From the NCBI GenBank assembly GCA_947172355.1, contig CAMWBA010000001.1, forward strand, positions 3,196 to 67,195: a stretch of DNA of 64,000 nt, in the 5' to 3' direction. Below the pieces are notes generated by a model. That model did no database searches and was not told the origin of the DNA. It saw only the letters and a program-made list of their open reading frames with translations. The stretch is from an uncultured Bacillota bacterium. Lineage in GTDB: Bacteria; Bacillota; Clostridia; Oscillospirales; Oscillospiraceae. Made by a program: the position numbers and the translations under genes. Positions 58,681-64,000 of the stretch are shown here, one piece after another; position 1 is the first letter of the stretch; the number at the start of each line of letters is the position of its first letter.

Positions 58681-59580
58681 ATGACGCTCCAGCAGCTGAA
58701 ATATGTCATTGCCATCGCGGACAGCGGCTCTGTCAATTCTGCCGCAAAAAACCTGTATCTCTCCCAGCCAAGCCTGTCCAGCGCCGTGAGGGAGTTGGAG
58801 GAGGAGATTGGCTTTGAGCTGTTCCACCGATCCAACCGGGGGGTCATCATCACGGCGGAGGGGGAGGAGTTCCTCAACTATGCCCAGCAGGTGTGCCAGC
58901 AGTACGCTTTGCTGGAGGACCGGTTTGTGGCAGGACGGTCCCGGAAGAAATTTTCTGTCTCCACCCAGCACTACACCTTCGCCATCAACGCCTTTGTGGA
59001 GATGGTGCGCAAGGTGGGGATGGAGGAGTATGAGTTCTCCATCCTGGAGACTCGCACCTATGAATGTATTGAAAACGTCCGGGACTATAAAAGCGAACTG
59101 GGCATCCTGTATCTGGACGACTTTAACGAGAAGTACCTGACCAAGCTCTTTGACGAGAACAACCTGGAGTTCCACCCCCTGCGGGACTGCTCCACCTGCG
59201 TCTACCTCTGGGGGGAGCACCCCCTGGCCTGCCGGAACCAGCTAACCATGGCCAATCTGGAGCCCTACCCCTGCATCGCCTTTGAGTTGGGCAAGCAGAA
59301 CTCCCTGTTCCTCTCTGAGGAGGTAATGAGTACCTACCAGTACCGCCAGCTTATCCGGGTGGATGACCGGGCCACGGTGCTCAACCTGATGAAGGGGCTC
59401 AATGGCTATACCCTGTGCTCCGGCATCATCTGCCGCCCCCTCAACGGCTCGGAATACACCACCATCCCTCTGACGGAGGGAGGCGTCATGCACATCGGCT
59501 ATGTCCAGCGCCGGGGCAGTCCCCTCAGCAGGCTAGGGGAGCTGTATCTCCAAGAGGTGCGCAAGTCCATCCTGCTTTGA
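58681..59580 (+). CDS. LysR family regulator (MtaR/CmbR-like)
   Basis: MTLQQLKY, SQPSLS..VRELE, FSVSTQHYTFA, DRAT..NLM.GLNGYT. Confidence 0.9.
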   Translation: MTLQQLKYVIAIADSGSVNSAAKNLYLSQPSLSSAVRELEEEIGFELFHRSNRGVIITAEGEEFLNYAQQVCQQYALLEDRFVAGRSRKKFSVSTQHYTFAINAFVEMVRKVGMEEYEFSILETRTYECIENVRDYKSELGILYLDDFNEKYLTKLFDENNLEFHPLRDCSTCVYLWGEHPLACRNQLTMANLEPYPCIAFELGKQNSLFLSEEVMSTYQYRQLIRVDDRATVLNLMKGLNGYTLCSGIICRPLNGSEYTTIPLTEGGVMHIGYVQRRGSPLSRLGELYLQEVRKSILL

Positions 59581-59592
59581 GCCAATATCTGT

Positions 59593-59609
59593 TATAGCTT
59601 TGTCCTATA
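59593..59609. promoter_or_regulatory. MET-box-like LysR operator upstream of metN
   Basis: TATAG-CTTTGTC-CTATA, 17-bp palindrome. Confidence 0.6.
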
Positions 59610-59692
59610 ACCCGCCCCTGATTTTGGGTATTAACACCTGGGGCGGGTTTTGTGCTATCCTTTGAATACGCCATAGGAAAAGAGGAACTGGA

Positions 59693-60727
59693 ATGATACG
59701 ATTAGAACACGTCTCAAAGCGCTTTGAGATGGGGAAAAAGACGGTGGAGGCCGTCAGGGACGTGACCCTTCACATTGAAAAAGGGACCATCGCCGGGATT
59801 ATCGGCTTCTCCGGGGCGGGCAAGTCCACCCTGGCCCGGTGCGTCAATCTGCTGGAGCGGCCCACCGAGGGTACCGTCACCGTGGGCGGCGACGAGCTCA
59901 CCGCCCTGAGCGGGCGGCAGCTCCGGGAAAAGCGGAAAAAGATCGGCATGATCTTCCAGCACTTCAACCTCTTCGCCTCCCGGACGGTGTACGGCAACGT
60001 GGCCTACCCCCTTCGAGGGAGCGGGAAGAGCAAAAAAGAGATCGAGGAGAAGGTGAAGTCCCTGCTGGAGCTGGTAGGTCTGTCCGACAAGGCGGAGGCC
60101 TACCCCTCCCAGCTTTCTGGGGGCCAGAAGCAGCGGGTGTCCATCGCCCGGGCCCTGGCCAACGACCCAGAGGTCCTGCTCAGCGACGAGGCCACCAGCG
60201 CCCTGGACCCGGAGACCACCCGGTCCATCCTCCGGCTGCTGAAGGAGGTCAACCGTACCCTGGGCGTCACCATCCTGGTTATCACCCACGAGATGCAGGT
60301 CATTAAGGAGATATGCAGTCAGGTGTATGTGATGGAGGGCGGCAGGATTGTGGAACAGGGGGACGTGTTTCAGGTGTTCGCAGCCCCCCGGCAGGCGGTC
60401 ACCCGCCGGTTTGTGGACAGTACCTCCCATCTCTCCCGGATCCAGGAGCTGCTGGACGATCCCTCCCACCCCATCCGGCTGAATCCCGGGGACTATCTGC
60501 TCCGGCTGAACTACCTGGAGCGCAGTACCTCCGAGGCACTGATCTCCAGCATTTCCCGGCAGTTTGAGCTGGATATCAACATTCTGCTGGGCAGCATTGA
60601 GCTCATCGACGGCAACCCTCTAGGGGGCCTGGTGGTCATCGCCGGGGGCGGCCACGACAAAATAACCGCCGCCGCGGACTACTTATCAAAACGAAATGTG
60701 TTGGTGGAGGTGATTTCCCATGGCTGA
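59693..60727 (+). CDS. metN: methionine ABC transporter ATPase
   Basis: GFSGAGKSTL, IFQHFNL, DEATSALDPETT, C-terminal NIL domain. Confidence 0.92.
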   Translation: MIRLEHVSKRFEMGKKTVEAVRDVTLHIEKGTIAGIIGFSGAGKSTLARCVNLLERPTEGTVTVGGDELTALSGRQLREKRKKIGMIFQHFNLFASRTVYGNVAYPLRGSGKSKKEIEEKVKSLLELVGLSDKAEAYPSQLSGGQKQRVSIARALANDPEVLLSDEATSALDPETTRSILRLLKEVNRTLGVTILVITHEMQVIKEICSQVYVMEGGRIVEQGDVFQVFAAPRQAVTRRFVDSTSHLSRIQELLDDPSHPIRLNPGDYLLRLNYLERSTSEALISSISRQFELDINILLGSIELIDGNPLGGLVVIAGGGHDKITAAADYLSKRNVLVEVISHG

Positions 60728-61400
60728 GCTGCTTAATCAGATCATCCCCGACGTGGCGGCCCGGTCGGACCAGCTGTGGCGGGCCTTCGGGGAGACCATC
60801 CAGATGGTGGGCATCTCCGGGGCCATCTCCCTTGTGCTGGGTATCCCCTTCGGAGTACTCCTGTTCACCACCAGGGAGGGGGGAGTCCTCCAGAACCGAC
60901 CGGTGAACTTTATCCTGGGCAGAATCTGCGACTTTTTCCGCTCCATCCCCTTTATTCTGCTGGCCATCCTGCTGCTGGGGCTGAGCCGCCTGGTGGTGGG
61001 TTCCGCCATCGGCGTCCGGGGGGCGATTATCCCTCTGGTGTTCGGCACCGTCCCTTTTCTGGGCCGGCAAACGGAGAGCGCCCTGGCCGAGGTACCCGCC
61101 GGCATCATCGAGGCGGCCGAAGCAATCGGCTCCTCACCCTGGGAGATCATTTGGCGGGTCTATCTGCGGGAGGCTGTCCCCGGCATTGCCCGGGGGGTGA
61201 CCATCACCATCGTCTCTCTCATCAACTTCACCGCCGTGGCCGGAACCCTGGGAGCCGGCGGTCTGGGTAACTTCGCCATCATGTACGGCCACAGCAAGAA
61301 CCTGCCCCAGATTACCTGGACAGTCATCCTCATCATTGTCGTTCTGGTGAGCGTTGTCCAAGCCGTTGGCAGCTATATCGCCAAAAAGGCGACCCACTAA
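60720..61400 (+). CDS. metI: methionine ABC transporter permease
   Basis: RSIPFILL, IEAA..IG.S, AGTLGAGGLG. Confidence 0.9.
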   Translation: MAELLNQIIPDVAARSDQLWRAFGETIQMVGISGAISLVLGIPFGVLLFTTREGGVLQNRPVNFILGRICDFFRSIPFILLAILLLGLSRLVVGSAIGVRGAIIPLVFGTVPFLGRQTESALAEVPAGIIEAAEAIGSSPWEIIWRVYLREAVPGIARGVTITIVSLINFTAVAGTLGAGGLGNFAIMYGHSKNLPQITWTVILIIVVLVSVVQAVGSYIAKKATH

Positions 61401-61468
61401 CTTTATCTGTTCTCCCGCCTTTGAACCGGGATAATGGAATAGATTGCCCATTAAAGGAGGAACTTAAA

Positions 61469-62335
61469 ATGAAAAAGAAGAACGTACTCTCTCTCGCACT
61501 GGCCGCGGCCCTGGCTCTGTCTTTGGCCGCCTGCGGCGGAAACGGCGGCAGCTCCAGCCCCGTCTCCGGCTCAAACCCGGGCTCCGCTTCCGGCAGCACT
61601 GCCGCTGAACCCACTGTGATCAAGGTGGGCGTGGTGGGTGCTAACAACGGGCAGTGGGACACGGTGAACAAGCTGCTGGAGGCGGACAACATCCGCTGCG
61701 AGATGGTGGAGTTTGCCGAGTACAAGCTGCCCAACAACGCCCTGGACGCCGGGGAGATCGACCTGAACGCCTTCCAGCACAAGGCCTACCTCCAGAAGGA
61801 GATCGACGACCTGGGCTATGACATCGCCGTCCTGGGCGACACCATCGTGGCCCCTCTGTCCCTGTACTCCGACAAGATCACCGATGTAAGCGAATTGAAG
61901 GAGGGGGACAAGATCGCCGTCCCCAGCGACCCCACCAACGAAGGGCGATGCTTCAAGATTCTGGAATCCGCCGGTCTGCTGGAGGTGGACCCCGCCGCCG
62001 GATACATGCCAGAGCTGAAGGACATCACCGCCAACCCCCTGAAGCTGGAGTTTGTGGAGGTGGAGGCCGCCAACACCGCCAGCCTTCTGCCCGATGTGGC
62101 CGCCGCCTTTGTCAACGGGGCCCACGCCGTGGACAACGGCTTGAAGCTGGAGGATGCCGTCTACACCGAGCAGGTGAAGCCTGGCTCCGACAACCCCTAC
62201 ATCAACATCATTGCCTGCCGCACCGCCGACCTGGACAGCCCGGTCTATCAGAAGGTGCTGGCCGCCTACCAGTCCCAGGAAACCGCCCAGGCCATCCGGG
62301 ATATTTACCAGGGCACCTACATTCCCGCGTTTTAA
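61469..62335 (+). CDS. metQ: MetQ/NlpA lipoprotein
   Basis: lipobox LAAC, PNNAL..GEIDLNAFQH, PSDPTNEGR, PYINII. Confidence 0.92.
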   Translation: MKKKNVLSLALAAALALSLAACGGNGGSSSPVSGSNPGSASGSTAAEPTVIKVGVVGANNGQWDTVNKLLEADNIRCEMVEFAEYKLPNNALDAGEIDLNAFQHKAYLQKEIDDLGYDIAVLGDTIVAPLSLYSDKITDVSELKEGDKIAVPSDPTNEGRCFKILESAGLLEVDPAAGYMPELKDITANPLKLEFVEVEAANTASLLPDVAAAFVNGAHAVDNGLKLEDAVYTEQVKPGSDNPYINIIACRTADLDSPVYQKVLAAYQSQETAQAIRDIYQGTYIPAF

Positions 62336-62434
62336 AACTGTTCCCACCCTCGAAGGGGCGGGACTCCCCCCACACAACGCTGTTCCCGTCCCCTCCGGGG
62401 ACGGGAACAAATCATAATCTTGAGGTGAAGCAAT

Positions 62435-63619
62435 ATGGCAATCCATCCGCTGGTTCAACAGGATCAAGACTATATCATATCCCTGCGCCGCTGGTTCCAC
62501 AGTCACCCGGAGCTGAGCATGAAGGAATTTGAGACCGCCAAGCGCATTGATGAGGAGCTGAAAGCTGTCGGCATCCCCACCCGCCGGGTGGGGGAAACAG
62601 GCGTACTGGGCACCATTCAGGGCAAGCGGGGGCCGGGGAGGAAAATCGTCCTGAGGGCGGACACCGACGCTCTACCCATCCAGGACGAGAAAACCATCCC
62701 CTATGCCTCCCAGTACCCCGGCGTGATGCACGCCTGCGGCCACGACGCCCACACGGCCGCTCTCCTTGGGACGGCCCGGGCCCTGAAAAAACTGGAGAAT
62801 GAACTGGCCGGGGAGATTCTTCTGGTGTTCCAGCCAGGAGAGGAATACGGTGCGGGGGCCGTCCTGTTTGTTCAAGACGGGGCGCTGGAGGGGGCAGATC
62901 GCTCCTTCGGCGTCCATATGCAGTCCGATCTGCCGGTGGGCCAGGTGGCCATGAACCCGGGGGCGGAAAACGCCTCAGTGGATCACTTCACCATCCGGAT
63001 TCAGGGAAAGAGCGCCCACGTCTCCACCCCGGAGCTGGGAGCAGACGCCCTCTACGCCGCCGCCCAGATTGTCACCGCCCTCCAAGGGCTGGTGGGCCGG
63101 CTGAAAAATCCCACCGACCCCGCCCTCATCGGAGTGGGAGTGCTCCGGTCCGGGGAGGGTTACAACATCGTGGCTAAGGAGGCGGTGATTGAGGGCACTG
63201 TCCGCTGCTTCTCTGAACAGACCCGGGCCATGCTCAACGCCAAGATTGCCGACACTGCCCGGAGTGTGGCCGCCCTGTACAACACCGCTGCTGAAATCGA
63301 GACCGAGTCTTTTACCCGGGCCCTCATCAATGACCCAGAGGTCTACGCCGAGGCTATCCCCGTCATCGAGAAGGTGGTGGGGAAGGGGAACCTAGTGCCC
63401 AAGGCCCTCTCCCTGGGCGGGGACGATATGGCGGAGATCATCGCCGCCGTCCCCGGGGTCTACGCCTTTGTGGGCAGCGGAAGCGAAGCCGTTCCAGGCT
63501 CACAAATGGCCCACCATACCCCCGGCTTTGACATTGACGAGAGGTGCCTGACCATCGCCGCCAGTTTATATGTGGAATCAGCTCTGTTTTGGCTGGGACA
63601 GGAAGCGAAAAATATCTAG
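62435..63619 (+). CDS. M20D amidohydrolase
   Basis: HSHPELS, LRADTDALP, MHACGHD, FQPGEE, GKSAH, HHTP.FDIDE. Confidence 0.9.
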   Translation: MAIHPLVQQDQDYIISLRRWFHSHPELSMKEFETAKRIDEELKAVGIPTRRVGETGVLGTIQGKRGPGRKIVLRADTDALPIQDEKTIPYASQYPGVMHACGHDAHTAALLGTARALKKLENELAGEILLVFQPGEEYGAGAVLFVQDGALEGADRSFGVHMQSDLPVGQVAMNPGAENASVDHFTIRIQGKSAHVSTPELGADALYAAAQIVTALQGLVGRLKNPTDPALIGVGVLRSGEGYNIVAKEAVIEGTVRCFSEQTRAMLNAKIADTARSVAALYNTAAEIETESFTRALINDPEVYAEAIPVIEKVVGKGNLVPKALSLGGDDMAEIIAAVPGVYAFVGSGSEAVPGSQMAHHTPGFDIDERCLTIAASLYVESALFWLGQEAKNI

Positions 63620-64000
63620 CTCCGCTTTTCTGACAGCTTCTGTTCAAAGCGATCCTTCCGGGTATCCATAGGAATCGGTGTGGGATACCGCCCTGTGAAA
63701 CATGCGTCGCAGCAGCAGCCCTTTCCGATGAGCGCCCCCAGCTGCTCCGCCGGCAGATAGCCCAGGGAGTCCACCCCGATGATTTCGGCGATCTCCTCCA
63801 CGGTGTGATGGCAGGCGATAAGATTGTCCCGGGAGTCAATGTCGGTGCCGTAGTAGCAGGGATTCAGGAAGGGGGGCGCGGAGATGCGGAGGTGGATTTC
63901 GCTGGCCCCAGCCTCCCGGAGCAGGCTGACAATCCGACCGCTGGTGGTCCCTCGGACGATAGAGTCGTCCACCAGTACCACCCGTTTCCCCGCCACGCTG
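63616..64000 (-). CDS. purF: amidophosphoribosyltransferase, 3' part (runs off the window)
   Basis: VLVDDSIVRGTT, PCYYGTD, DSLGYL, CDACFTG.YP. Confidence 0.93.
   Translation of the reverse strand, partial: SVAGKRVVLVDDSIVRGTTSGRIVSLLREAGASEIHLRISAPPFLNPCYYGTDIDSRDNLIACHHTVEEIAEIIGVDSLGYLPAEQLGALIGKGCCCDACFTGRYPTPIPMDTRKDRFEQKLSEKRS

Overview
GC-rich chromosomal segment of a spore-forming Clostridia-type Firmicute, probably Oscillospiraceae-like (inferred from gene order and the sporulation genes sipL and spoVM). Bases 1-40364 are mostly core genome: transaldolase-like gene with GntR, glnS, trxB-trxA, a cell-wall locus (ftsE-ftsX-small ORF-M23 hydrolase-deacetylase) carrying two WalR-type boxes, mreB, comF, ecfA1-A2-T-truA, a Clp ATPase, sipL/spoVM, coaD, rsmD, uvrC, ptsH, an ECF sigma/anti-sigma pair, rpmF and guaA. 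Several small AT-rich islets and dispersed repeats interrupt this stretch. A decayed genomic island begins at the 3' end of guaA (about 40365-53640). It holds ICE and IS21 remnants, a broken GIY-YIG/DUF6530/MoxR/vWA operon, an XRE fused to a superoxide-reductase-like domain, and an intact uncharacterised catabolic module: Na+/solute symporter, small membrane protein, gamma-glutamyl hydrolase, two ATC-hydrolase-like paralogues and LysR, with a LysR-nitrilase pair beside it. A sulfur-amino-acid cluster follows (metY, ECF S component, internally deleted cysK, iscS, iscU, Rrf2, LysR, metNIQ, M20 amidohydrolase), then the 3' end of purF. No rRNA, tRNA or CRISPR array was seen. All family assignments come from motif recognition by eye, not database searches.
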